64,000 bases of DNA from Methanotrichaceae archaeon. GTDB lineage: Archaea; Halobacteriota; Methanosarcinia; Methanotrichales; Methanotrichaceae. The notes below the pieces were generated by a model. That model ran no database searches. It was given only the letters and a program-made list of their open reading frames with translations, and was not told the DNA's origin. The position numbers were made by a program, and so were the translations under genes. This document shows, piece after piece, positions 1-10,807 of this stretch (within the stretch, counting starts at the first letter, position 1; every line of letters starts with the position of its first letter). The stretch covers positions 37,648 through 101,647 of the forward strand of contig CAVWIG010000014.1 in assembly GCA_963754945.1 (NCBI GenBank), read 5' to 3'.

Positions 1-154
1 TTCTGCCACCGTATTAGCTCTTGTATCGTCTTCTACAACCAAACCACGTCGCGCCTTTTTTGTACATGAACCTGAGCAGTTATTCCGCGATTTAGATAAG
101 GATCTGTTATACGTAACATCATTATAAGGTTAATGGTGACGTTCACAATATTGT

Positions 155-829
155 TTAACTCAATTTCCAGCTTGGATTAATCGAATCCAGATATTTTATA
201 TCATCGAAGCTGTAGGGAGCCGTATAATATACATCATCTGTCATGACTCCGTAATAACTATCAACGGCCAGCCATTTTCCGCGCCGGTCCTTGTCTTCTA
301 CCGTTACCCAAAGGTGTCCCTGGGTGTATCCGCCTGCACTGGGATCGTACATGTAAGATATGTTATATCCAAAGCTACTGTAAGTTCTGGCAACTTGCTG
401 AGATCCATCGAAGCACATTCCCAGAGGTGCAACGGGAAATATAAGTGTTCTAGTGACTGCCTTTATGAAATCTGGGTTTGTGGCCTTGGCGTAGGTCAGA
501 TTTTTCTTTATGGCTTCAGTTGGAATTACTCTAATGGGACCCGAAGCTTGTGTTGGCGGTGTCATCCACAGATCAGCGAGGCCAGGCGAGGCACCGTTGG
601 GCGTCAGATACACCTCTTTGTTGCTGGAGAACTTCACGGTCACATACGTATCGTGGGGCTCAGCATTGTAGCCGTGGGTCTCCAGAAAGAAGGCCAGATC
701 TTTTACGGTGATGCCTAAGTCCTCGTAGCTGGATAGCAACAACCAGAGGTCATTCTCTTCTGTCCCACTGCAATATAAGACTAATATGAATAATGCAGCG
801 ACGACTATAGCACCGACTACCTTAATCAC
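155..829 (-). CDS. Secreted/membrane-anchored hypothetical protein, possible transglutaminase-like fold
   Basis: 224-aa ORF with hydrophobic N-terminus; C-terminal GMCF...GHLWV...AVDS pattern. Confidence 0.7.
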   Translation of the reverse strand: MIKVVGAIVVAALFILVLYCSGTEENDLWLLLSSYEDLGITVKDLAFFLETHGYNAEPHDTYVTVKFSSNKEVYLTPNGASPGLADLWMTPPTQASGPIRVIPTEAIKKNLTYAKATNPDFIKAVTRTLIFPVAPLGMCFDGSQQVARTYSSFGYNISYMYDPSAGGYTQGHLWVTVEDKDRRGKWLAVDSYYGVMTDDVYYTAPYSFDDIKYLDSINPSWKLS

Positions 830-958
830 GCGAGTCCTCTGAAGTCTTTGATTCTCCTATTGTCTACAATTAATATATTAAGTATGCGTTGCACAATAGG
901 CTCCATCATTGAGCATATTTATGATCGTGGATTGGATTTGCGTGATTAGATTCTGTAT

Positions 959-2229
959 GGCAGTGTAACGATTTTTCTGTACTTTGATAATAAGAATGAT
1001 TATCGGCCCTGTATCCTATCCAATCTTGAGAAAAGGAGGACACAGGACCATGATACCCATAGCACTCTTGGAAGATTACCTTATCGATCAGGAAGATGGA
1101 CTAAAGAAGCTTCTGACCTGGTTCTTGAACCTTGTAATGCAGCTAGAAGCGGCGCAACAGGCAGATGCAGAACCGTATCAGAGAGTCGAATCCCGAAAGG
1201 CACATAGGAATGGCTACAAGGAAAGATCTCTGAAGACGCGAGTTGGAGAGCTCCGACTCAAGAAACCTCAATTCCGTGAAATTTCCTTCGAAACCAAGGT
1301 GTTCGACAGATTTTCGCGCGTAGAGAAGGCTTTGGTCAACGCTGTACTCGAATCGTATCTCCAGGGGGTTTCAACCAGGAGAATCCAAGATATTGTCTCT
1401 CGATTTGGCATCGAGAATTTATCTGCCTCTAGCGTTTCCAGGATATCCAAAGAGCTTGACGAGAAGGTAGAAGAATTCCTGAAGAAACCTATCGAACGTC
1501 CTATTCCTTATCTTTATGTAGATGCAAGCTACTTCAAAGTAAGAACAGAATCAAGATATGTTACCAAAGCTTTCATGATCGTCACAGGTGTTAGAGATGA
1601 CGGTTATCGCGAGATACTTGGCGCAAGAATAGCTGACAGTGAAGATGAACTCTTCTGGTCGGGATTATTTCAAGATCTGGCGGATCGTGGGTTGTCCGGA
1701 GTAAAGCTCGTGATATCAGATGGTCATAAGGGAATCCAGAAAGCGGTTGAGAAATCATTTCTTGGTGCTTCATGGCAAATGTGTCACGTTCACTTTTCAA
1801 GAGCGGTCTTGAGAAACGTTGCCAAGAAGTATCATAAGGAGATCGCCGATAAGATCAAGATCGCTCTGGAAGACGAAATCAAGATACAGGACTTAGCGAA
1901 AGAATTGAGGGAAAGAGGTTATGCGAAATCTGCTGACACTATCGACCGCTTCAGATTCAGTCTGTGGAATTACAGGGCATTCCCCAGAGGTCACTGGAGA
2001 AGGATTCGGACTACAAACGGGCTGGAGAGGATCAACAAGGAGCTGAAAAGAAGATCCAGGGTAGTCGGTGCCTTCCCAAGTGAGAGCTCGTTCATGAGGT
2101 TAGGGGTTTCGATCCTCATCGATATCAACGAAGAATGGCTGACCGCTAAAAAGTATTTATCTATGGATGCTGATTGAGTATGTTGGGATACAGGGCAACT
2201 CCAAATTACAGAAATCTCGGCACACTACC
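959..2229 (+). mobile_element. IS256-family insertion sequence, intact copy
   Basis: Terminal IRs GGCAGTGTAACGATTTTTCTGTACTTTG / CAAATTACAGAAATCTCGGCACACTACC; 8-bp target duplication TTCTGTAT at 951-958 and 2230-2237. Confidence 0.95.
1050..2177 (+). CDS. IS256-family (Mutator-like) DDE transposase
   Basis: YLYVDASYFKVR, VISDGHKG, WQMCHVHF and RTTNGLERINKELKRR motifs; AGGAGG RBS before ATG 1050. Confidence 0.95.
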   Translation: MIPIALLEDYLIDQEDGLKKLLTWFLNLVMQLEAAQQADAEPYQRVESRKAHRNGYKERSLKTRVGELRLKKPQFREISFETKVFDRFSRVEKALVNAVLESYLQGVSTRRIQDIVSRFGIENLSASSVSRISKELDEKVEEFLKKPIERPIPYLYVDASYFKVRTESRYVTKAFMIVTGVRDDGYREILGARIADSEDELFWSGLFQDLADRGLSGVKLVISDGHKGIQKAVEKSFLGASWQMCHVHFSRAVLRNVAKKYHKEIADKIKIALEDEIKIQDLAKELRERGYAKSADTIDRFRFSLWNYRAFPRGHWRRIRTTNGLERINKELKRRSRVVGAFPSESSFMRLGVSILIDINEEWLTAKKYLSMDAD

Positions 2230-2414
2230 TTCTGTATTCCTTGGCATGGCATTTCTTGGAGAAGGAGTGTATATTATATTAGCGAATTGAATATATTATT
2301 TTATTCGAACGTCTTGCGTTGCTAGAGCTTATTATTAAGAGTTGTTTCTTAACAAACATCAGTAATTATTTAAACTAATCCCGAAGAGAGATACGCTCAA
2401 TCACAATTTTTAAC

Positions 2415-5400
2415 ATGAGGGGAAAGATGGCAAAATCGGAGAAGGACAAAACCAGTCTGAGTGAAGATGAATTTAGTAAGCAATTCCATTATGAAGCGAA
2501 TTCGGACCGACGGTTTGCTGACGTAGTGAATTTCCTTCCTGACCCAACCTTTGTCATAGATAAAGAAGGCATTGTCATCGCCTGGAACCGGGCCATTGAG
2601 GACCTAACTGGCATCACGGCCCAAGATATATTAGGCAAAGGGAACTGTGAGTATGCTGTTCCATTCTATGGAGTCAAACGACCTGTTTTGGTTGATCTGG
2701 TCTTCCACCAAGATCTAAAACTAGAGTCAGAATATAATAGCTTGCAAAGAGATGGCATGAACCTTACAGGCGAGTTATTCTTGCCATTCTTTGGCAAGAA
2801 TGGCTCTTACATTTGGGCTAAGGCTGCCCCGCTATATGACGACTCAGGCAATATTATCGGGGCAGTAGAATCCTTGCGCGATATAACGGAACGCAAAGAG
2901 GCAGAAGAAGCTCTCAAGGAAAGCGAGGCCAAGTTCCGGCTGCTGTTCGAACGATCTGCTGATGCCATGTTTCTGTTAGACGGCGAGAAGTTCATCGACT
3001 GCAACAGAGCTGCTATGGATATGATGAAATGCACTACAAAGCAAGAGCTACTGAATCTTCATCCATCTCAAACTGCCCCGGATAGACAGCCAGACGGTAG
3101 TCTATCCTTTGAAAAGGCAGAGGAGATGATGAGAATTGCCTTTGAAAAGGGAACACATAGATTCGAATGGGTCCGTCGCAGAACCAATGCCGAAGAGTTT
3201 CCTGTCGAGGTTACGCTAACAGCGATCCCCTGGAAAGGCAAGCAGATCTTACACGTCGTAGTAAAAGATATAACTGAACAAAAGCTCGCTGAAAAAGCCT
3301 TAAAGGAATCCGAGAATAAATATAGAACCATTTTTGAGAATACGTGTGCAGCCACAGTTATACTTGAAGAAGATACTATCGTATCGCTTGCCAATGCAGA
3401 ATTCGAAAAGTTAACCGGTTATTCAAAGGGAGAGATAGAAGGCAAAAAAAGCTGGACAGAGTTCGTCGAAACAGAAGACCTGGAAAAAATGATAAAGATG
3501 CATCGTCTAAGAAGAGAAAATCAGGATCTGTCTCCCAAAAGCTATGAGTTTCGGCTAACGGATAAAAGGGGTCAGATCAAGGATATTCTATTGACCGTTG
3601 ACATGATCCCCGGAACAAAAAAAAGTGTTGCCTCTCTTTTGGACATCAGCAAGCGAAAACAAGCTGAAATTGCCTATCAAGAGAATTTGAGATTTCTTCA
3701 AAATTTGATTGATGCCATTCCAAACTCTATCTTTTACAAAGACACAAAAGGTATTTATCAGGGCTGTAATTCCGCCCTTGAGAAATTCTTGGGTTTGAGC
3801 AAAGAGGACATTATAGGAAAATCGGTATACGACTTATATTCGATTGATCTCGCCGATAGCTACAATAAAATGGATCAGGCGCTATTTGCCAAGCCCGGCT
3901 CCAAGGTCTATGAATCTTCTTTGCACTATGTTGATGGCACAATGCACGATGTCATCTTCAACAAGGCCACTTATACTGATGCAAACGGCAGATTATCCGG
4001 GCTGGTAGGGATCGTCCTCGACATAACAAAACGCAAGCGTGCGGAGGAGGCGCTGCGTGCATCACATCAAATCATCGAAGGAATTATCAACGCGATACCT
4101 GTAAGAGTATTCTGGAAGGATAGAAATCTCGTTTACTTGGGCTGTAATGCGATATTCGCGCACGATGCGGGTTTTGCCGATCCGAAAGACGTAGTCGGCA
4201 AAGATGATTACCAGATGGGGTGGCGTGACCAGGCGGAATTATATCGCAGCGATGACTGTCAGGTCATCGAAAGCGGCCGCCCCAAATTACTCATCGAAGA
4301 ACCCCAGACGACCCCCGAAGGGAACACCATCGTTCTTCTTACGAGCAAGATACCTTTGCGCAGTTCTGAGGGGAAGATCATCGGCGTGCTCGGAACGTAT
4401 ATGGATATCACTGAGCGCAAGCGGACGGAGGAAGCGCTGCAGGAGAGTGAGGAGCGTTTCAAAGCTCAATACCAGGGTAGCCCTGCTCCTACGTTTACGT
4501 GGCAAAAGCACGGGGCCGACTTTGTACTTGTAGATTTCAACGAGGCTGCAAAGGCTATCACCGATGGGAAGGTCACTGAGTTCGTTGGACTAAAGGCAAG
4601 TGAATTGTACGCAGATAGACCGGAAATACTGCGAGATCTCCTACGGTGTCATGATGAAAGAGAAGTCATAAAAAGAGAGATCAGATCCCAGAATTTCGTG
4701 CCTGGTGCACTTGTAGTAACCACTTTTGCATCTGTTCCGCCTGACCTAGTATTGGTGCACTTGGAAGATATCTCCGAGCGCAAGCGAATGGAGAAAGATC
4801 TGAATCGGTCGCGGGATGATTTGAAGCAGCGGGTTAGAGCGCGGACTGCAGACCTTGAGGCTAAGAACGCGGAGATGGAGCGATTCATCTACACGGTTTC
4901 TCATGACCTGAGGACTCCACTGATAAGCATGAGCGGTTTCCTGGGCTTTCTCAAAGCAGATGCAGAGAAGGGCGACATGAAACGATTGGATGCTGATCTT
5001 CGAATTGTCAGTGACGCCGTTACAAAAATGGACAGACTTCTTCTAGAAACCTTAGAACTATCCAGGATAGGTCGCATTATCAGTCCTCCGGAAAATGTGC
5101 CATTCAGAGAAATCGTCAGCGAAGCCCTTGCGCAGTCTTCAGCAAAGATGAGTTCTAAGAATGTCTTAGTCACGGTGGAAGAGGATTTGCCTATCGTCCA
5201 GGTAGACAGGATGAAGCTTGTGGAAGTCCTGGTAAATCTATTCGAAAATAGTGTGAAGTACATGGGCGATCAGCCACAACCGGAGATAGCGATAGGCAAA
5301 CGATTGGACGGTGAAAATACCGTCTTCTTTGTCCGTGACAACGGAATCGGAATAGACCCCAGCCAGCACGATAAAGTCTTCGAGCTGTTCTATAAAGTGG

Positions 5401-5552
5401 ACAAAAAAAGCAAAGGTAGCGGAGCAGGTTTGGCTATTGTCAAGAAGATTATAGAGGTCCACAGAGGAAGTATCTGGGTAGAGTCTGGATTAGGAAAAGG
5501 ATGCACAGTATGCTTTACGATACCACATGCCCAAGATATAATTGAACCTTAA
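2415..5552 (+). CDS. Cytoplasmic multi-PAS/PAC sensor histidine kinase
   Basis: About six PAS/PAC repeats (DITERK ends); H-box VSHDLRTPL; HATPase motifs DNGIGI and GAGLAIV. Confidence 0.92.
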   Translation: MRGKMAKSEKDKTSLSEDEFSKQFHYEANSDRRFADVVNFLPDPTFVIDKEGIVIAWNRAIEDLTGITAQDILGKGNCEYAVPFYGVKRPVLVDLVFHQDLKLESEYNSLQRDGMNLTGELFLPFFGKNGSYIWAKAAPLYDDSGNIIGAVESLRDITERKEAEEALKESEAKFRLLFERSADAMFLLDGEKFIDCNRAAMDMMKCTTKQELLNLHPSQTAPDRQPDGSLSFEKAEEMMRIAFEKGTHRFEWVRRRTNAEEFPVEVTLTAIPWKGKQILHVVVKDITEQKLAEKALKESENKYRTIFENTCAATVILEEDTIVSLANAEFEKLTGYSKGEIEGKKSWTEFVETEDLEKMIKMHRLRRENQDLSPKSYEFRLTDKRGQIKDILLTVDMIPGTKKSVASLLDISKRKQAEIAYQENLRFLQNLIDAIPNSIFYKDTKGIYQGCNSALEKFLGLSKEDIIGKSVYDLYSIDLADSYNKMDQALFAKPGSKVYESSLHYVDGTMHDVIFNKATYTDANGRLSGLVGIVLDITKRKRAEEALRASHQIIEGIINAIPVRVFWKDRNLVYLGCNAIFAHDAGFADPKDVVGKDDYQMGWRDQAELYRSDDCQVIESGRPKLLIEEPQTTPEGNTIVLLTSKIPLRSSEGKIIGVLGTYMDITERKRTEEALQESEERFKAQYQGSPAPTFTWQKHGADFVLVDFNEAAKAITDGKVTEFVGLKASELYADRPEILRDLLRCHDEREVIKREIRSQNFVPGALVVTTFASVPPDLVLVHLEDISERKRMEKDLNRSRDDLKQRVRARTADLEAKNAEMERFIYTVSHDLRTPLISMSGFLGFLKADAEKGDMKRLDADLRIVSDAVTKMDRLLLETLELSRIGRIISPPENVPFREIVSEALAQSSAKMSSKNVLVTVEEDLPIVQVDRMKLVEVLVNLFENSVKYMGDQPQPEIAIGKRLDGENTVFFVRDNGIGIDPSQHDKVFELFYKVDKKSKGSGAGLAIVKKIIEVHRGSIWVESGLGKGCTVCFTIPHAQDIIEP

Positions 5553-6308
5553 ACAATGGCAACAAAAATTGTGTGGTGTGAACATGAAATCCAAGGAGCA
5601 ATAAATGGGTTCTTCCATAGATGCCAAATCGTTCATCTCGTACAGGAATGCCAAGGTACTGGCAAGCCTCTTTGTGCTAATTAGTTTGACGATAACAATT
5701 TTATTTAGAGAGAATCTAGCAGTTCGCACCTATTTTGGCGATGTATCTGTTACGGTGGCGAGCTGCTTCGGGGCAGCTGGAATGGTCTATGCTCTGTTAA
5801 ACGCTGGCGAACAAGAGAAGAATGTTCGAATCGCATTGATTTTGATGGTATCAGGGCTAATTTTCGACGTTCTTGCGGAGGTTGTCTGGACAACCTTCGA
5901 AATTGTGCTTCACCAGCAACCGTTCCCTTCTTTGGCAGACGGATTCTATCTTATGTACTACCCTCTGTTCGCGTTGGGGATAATGTTCTTGCCTGCTGAT
6001 CGGTTATCCGCCCGAGAACGAAATAAAATTATAATAGATATTGTTATAATAATGATGGCTGCCGTTCTGATATTCTGGGATTTCATAATCGAGCCCATCT
6101 TAGCAAACGGCGGCGAGAGCTTGCTGGCCCTAGCGTTGTCCATAGCCTATCCGACCCTGGATATAGTGCTTCTGTTTGCTCTTTTAGAATTGCTGTATCG
6201 GCGGTGGAACTCCCTGCACATGGGGCCGATGTTGTTCTTGTTAACTGCAATCGTTGCTTCCATAGTTTCTGACATCTATTTTAGCATGCAGAGCAGTGCA
6301 GAAACATA

Positions 6309-7595
6309 TGAGAGTTTCGAAAAACTAATCAATCGAAATACTTATATACTATTAATACTATAATATAATGCATGAGGACTCTCATTGATTTTGCCATTCG
6401 AGCAGAATATGCTCGAGTAAAAGCCCTCGGAGATGATCTATCCGAGATCGGATCGTTGATCAATTGGGAGCGTTTCAGATTTTTGGAACCATTGATATAC
6501 AAAAATAAAACTAGCCGCGGAGGTCGTCCGAACATTGACATCGTGATTATGGTGAAAGCTCTCGTAATTCAGCATTGGTTTGGTCTAACAGATCCAGAAC
6601 TGGAGCGACAGGTTGCGGATAGGATCTCTTTTCGTATTTTCCTTGGCACCACTGAAGTAATTCCTGATTTCAGCACAGTTTGGCTATTCCGTGAACGTTT
6701 GATTAAGTGCGACGTATACGATGATCTTTGGAATGAGCTTCAAAGGCAGCTCGATGAGATGGGGTTTACTGTAAAGAATGGCACTATCCAGGATGCAACC
6801 TTCATAACTTCGGACCCAGGTCGGAAGAGGAACAAGAAAGACGAGCAAGGCGGGGACAAAAAGGAAGGTCAAGATTCCGAAGCCACCAGTACGAGCCTGA
6901 ATCAGGAGTTTGATAAAGAGCTAATTGGTATTTCAAATAATATTATTGATGACAAGGCCAAACCACAGAGACTCGAAGAAGAGCCAATAAATGAGGGAAG
7001 TTGGGCAAAAAAGGGTGTCAAATCCTTTTTCGGATATAAAGGTCATATCTCAATCGATACCAATTACCACCTTATCAGATATTTTGAGACTACAACTGCT
7101 TCTGTACACGATAGTCAGGTAGATCTTGGAATTGAAGGGCTACCACGTTACGCCGATAAGGGATATGATGGTGCAAAAACTCGAGGATATGATGCAGCCA
7201 TGAAAAAAGCTACAAGAGGTCACAAGCTTGGAATCATAGATCTTCTGAGGAATAAGAGAATCAGTAAAACGCGATCGCACATCGAAAGATGCTTCGCTGT
7301 TATGAAGCGGGGGCATAAGGGAGCACATGTTTATGTAACAACTGTCGCAAGAGCTGGAGTAAAATTCATGATGAATTCGGTCGTTTACAACCTGGAACAG
7401 TTGAAATATTTAGTGCATAAACAAACAGCCTAGCGGAAGCTCTCTAAAAAAGCGCAAAAATTAGAAACAACAAGGTAAATTGAAATCTAATAAGCCAATT
7501 TAGGGGTGAAATATGCTAAAAAACCACTATAAAGATTGAAAATATTAACGCAAGAATTTAAGGCTTCATTAACCAACACTAAATCGAAACCCTCA
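6309..7595 (+). mobile_element. IS5-family insertion sequence, copy 1 (1287 bp)
   Basis: TIRs TGAGAGTTTCGA / TCGAAACCCTCA; TA duplicated on both sides (ATAT reading also possible). Confidence 0.93.
6372..7433 (+). CDS. IS5-family transposase
   Basis: GGRP, LTDPELE, IPDFSTVWLFRE, IQDAT, FFGYKGH, ADKGY and RSHIER motifs. Confidence 0.93.
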   Translation: MRTLIDFAIRAEYARVKALGDDLSEIGSLINWERFRFLEPLIYKNKTSRGGRPNIDIVIMVKALVIQHWFGLTDPELERQVADRISFRIFLGTTEVIPDFSTVWLFRERLIKCDVYDDLWNELQRQLDEMGFTVKNGTIQDATFITSDPGRKRNKKDEQGGDKKEGQDSEATSTSLNQEFDKELIGISNNIIDDKAKPQRLEEEPINEGSWAKKGVKSFFGYKGHISIDTNYHLIRYFETTTASVHDSQVDLGIEGLPRYADKGYDGAKTRGYDAAMKKATRGHKLGIIDLLRNKRISKTRSHIERCFAVMKRGHKGAHVYVTTVARAGVKFMMNSVVYNLEQLKYLVHKQTA

Positions 7596-9921
7596 TATGT
7601 ATCCGGCGGCCTAGTCGATCTGGGATACGTGTTGAGCTACTCTTTTTTCGGACTAGCAGGGGTATCTCAGGCCGAAAAATGGGGACTTCCTCTGACGAGG
7701 ACTTCTATAAGGACTAGGTACGATCAATCGGCCTGGACTCGATATCTGCCGTACTTTGGATTAAGTGCTGCCTATCTGCTCCTAATCTGGAATCAGGCCC
7801 ACCTATTACCCTTTGATTTATCTATTACTACTTGGGGGGTCGGGGGAATCATTGGGCTCGTCCTCGTTCGTCAGATCATGGCTTTGAATGAGAACAATAG
7901 CCTGTACATAGAAGCCAAGATAGAGAATGAGGAACGAAAAGCTGCGGAAGAAGCTCTAAGTGTATCAGAGGACAAATACAAGGCCATCTTTGAGAATACA
8001 GGTACTGCCATGCTCATTGTCGAAGAAGACACCACAATCTCGCTTGCAAACAAAGAGTTCGAAAAACTGACCGGTTATACCAAGAACGAAGCAGAGGGCA
8101 AGAAGAGCTGGACAGAGTTAGTCATGAAGGATGACTTGGATAGAATGATAAGCCAGCACCGTCTAAGAAGGCAAAATCCTGAGGGCGCCCTCAAAACCTA
8201 TGAGTTCCGGTTAATGACTAAAAGCGGTCCGATCAGGGATATTCTATTGACCGTCGACATGATTTCCGGAACAGGAAAAAGCGTTGCGTCTCTAATGGAT
8301 ATCAGCGAGCGAAAGAGCGCAGAAAAGCGTCTTACATCTCTACTTCGTTTCCACAATGAGATGCTGGACACCGCAGCCATCTGGATCGACATGTTCGATG
8401 CCAAAGGTTGCACCACTTTCTGGAATCTAGCAGCTGAGCGTATCTCTGGCTACTCTAGAGACGAGGTACTGGGCCATGCAAGAATATGGGAGTGGCTATA
8501 TCCCGATCCAGAGTACCGATCTAGGATGATCGACGCTGTGAAGAGCATGCTGATAAGAAATGAACGCCTGGAAAACTATGAGACAGTGATCAGGCGCAAA
8601 GACGGCGAGGAGAGGATTATTCGCTGGCACTCCAACAATTTCGTTGACAAAGAAGGAAAGATCTTAGGTGGTATCGGCATCGGAGACGACATCACCGAGC
8701 GCAAAAGGTCAAGTGAAGCGCTAAAAGACTCCGAGCGGCGTCTGTCGGACATCATCGACTTTTTGCCCGATGCCACCTTTGTCATAGACAGAGATGGCAA
8801 AGTAATATCGTGGAACCGTGCCATTGAAGCCATGACTGGAGTCGAGGCAAAAGACGTTCTGGGAAAAGGCGACTATGATTATGCTGTGCCCTTCTACGGT
8901 ATAAGGAAGCCCATCCTAATCGATCTGGTGCTCAAATCTGATGAAGAGATTGAAAGAAACTACTTTAACATGGAAAGAAAAGGCGGAATCCTGGAAGGAG
9001 AAGCATACATGCCGAACCTGAAGGGTGGTGAAACCTATCTTTTCGGAACTGCTACTGCTCTATGTGACTTCAGGGGCAATATTGTAGGAGCTATTGAATC
9101 GATACGCGACATCACCGAACGCAGGCAAGCAGAGGAGGCGCTGCGCAAAGCGCATGATGAACTGGAACGCAGAGTTAAAGAGAGGACTGCTGAGCTGGAG
9201 TCCAGGAACGCGGAGATGGAGAGGTTCGTTTACACTGTTTCCCACGAACTGAGGTCCCCCCTCATCTCAGTTGGCGGAGTTTTGGGTTTTCTGAAAAAAG
9301 ATCTAGAGATCGGGGATACAGAGGTGGTCGGTAACGACTTGAGGTTGATCGGAGGTGCCGTCACCAGGATGGACAAGCTACTAGGCGAGACACTGGAGCT
9401 GTCCAGGATCGGTCGGGTTGCGAACCCGACAGAGAACGTACCCTTCGGCGAGATCGTCAGCGAAGCCCTAGACCAGGCAGCAGAGCGGATTCGTTCGAAT
9501 AATGTCGAGATCTCCGTTGGCGAGGATTGGCCTGTGGTTTATGCAGACAGGATGAGGCTTGTCGAGGTCCTGGTCCATCTAATCGAAAACAGTGCAAAAT
9601 ATATGGGCAACCAACCTCGGCCACGAATAGAGATAGGCTACAAGCTTGACGGATCACTTCCAGTTTTCTTTGTCCGAGACAACGGTATCGGAATAGATCC
9701 CAGCCAGCACGATAAGGTCTTCGAGCTGTTCTATAAGGTAGGCGGGACGACCGAAGGAACAGGAGCAGGTCTAGCCATTGTCAAGAGGATCATCGAGGTT
9801 CACGGCGGACGGATCTGGATAGAATCTGGCTTAGGAAAAGGGTGCACTATATGCTTTACACTGCCCCTGGCATAAATCCTGTTCTAATCGGTGAGAGCTG
9901 ATTGATTGATTTCATAATTCG

Positions 9922-10683
9922 CTACTCCTGACTTTCAGTAGCCCCCAAAGCAGGCCTCTCACTCTGCAGCACATTCAGGCTTTCCAAAACAGCCGTTTCA
10001 GACTTGTTCTCCAACACTGCACTAATTCCTCTGGTTCTGATCATTTCAAGGATTGGCTCGAATTCTATATTCCCCTGGCCCAGCGGCATATGATCATCGC
10101 TGCAACCTGCATTATCGTGAAGGTGAACGTGCTGTACGTCCTGCTCGGCCAGGAATTCATCCAGCGAGCCGCAGGTGTTGGCATGGCCCACGTCCAAGAC
10201 TGTTCCAAGGCCCCTGAGGTCCAAGCCCGGATGGGTATAGAATAGCCAATCGCTCTTGGGCATGTTCTCCACGCAGATCGAAATCCCAAACTCATCCTGC
10301 ATCAGCCGTAGCTCCTCCAGAGATTTATCAAGAGATTGTAGGGCTTGATCTCTGTAAAAGGGCCAGCTTGTAAAGCCTGGATGAACGACATAGACGCTAG
10401 CCCCCGCGACAGCGCTCGCCTCAACAGCCTTACGGTGGAGCTCGACTGAGGCGGACCTGATGGTATCGTGTATGCTGGCTATGTTGACGTCGGTTATCAA
10501 TCCATGGACTGTGTATTTCAGGCTGAAAGAATCCAGAGCCTTCAGATTAGATGGATCAAGAAGACTGTGCTGCGCTTCGCAAAGGATCTCGGCGTTGTCT
10601 GAGAGCGAGACAATCCGCTCCAGAGCATCGCTGAGGGATAGATCCTGATAAGCCCATGTGGAAATTCCGATTTTTGTGGTCAT
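9922..10683 (-). CDS. Sugar phosphate isomerase/epimerase (xylose-isomerase-like TIM barrel, AP endonuclease 2 family)
   Basis: VVHPG, VENMP, LDVGHA, HLHDN..DDHMPLG.G motifs. Confidence 0.85.
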   Translation of the reverse strand: MTTKIGISTWAYQDLSLSDALERIVSLSDNAEILCEAQHSLLDPSNLKALDSFSLKYTVHGLITDVNIASIHDTIRSASVELHRKAVEASAVAGASVYVVHPGFTSWPFYRDQALQSLDKSLEELRLMQDEFGISICVENMPKSDWLFYTHPGLDLRGLGTVLDVGHANTCGSLDEFLAEQDVQHVHLHDNAGCSDDHMPLGQGNIEFEPILEMIRTRGISAVLENKSETAVLESLNVLQSERPALGATESQE

Positions 10684-10807
10684 TTTTTCTTCGAACTTTC
10701 TAAATCAAAGATCTAATTAAATCCTGCGTGCTCTAATTTATCTCGAAGCTCTTTCCCTCGCGTCAACCTTAATAAAGAAGGCTGCAAAGGGCGAAGCGTG
10801 GTATAAT

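Larger units (their letters stand above)
5605..9875 (+). pseudogene. Membrane-sensor PAS histidine kinase split by IS5
   Basis: Removing 6309-7597 restores GAA ACA TAT GTA TCC (ETYVS), joining the multi-TM N-part (ORF 5605) to the PAS-HisKA-HATPase part (ORF 7536-9875). Confidence 0.9.
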
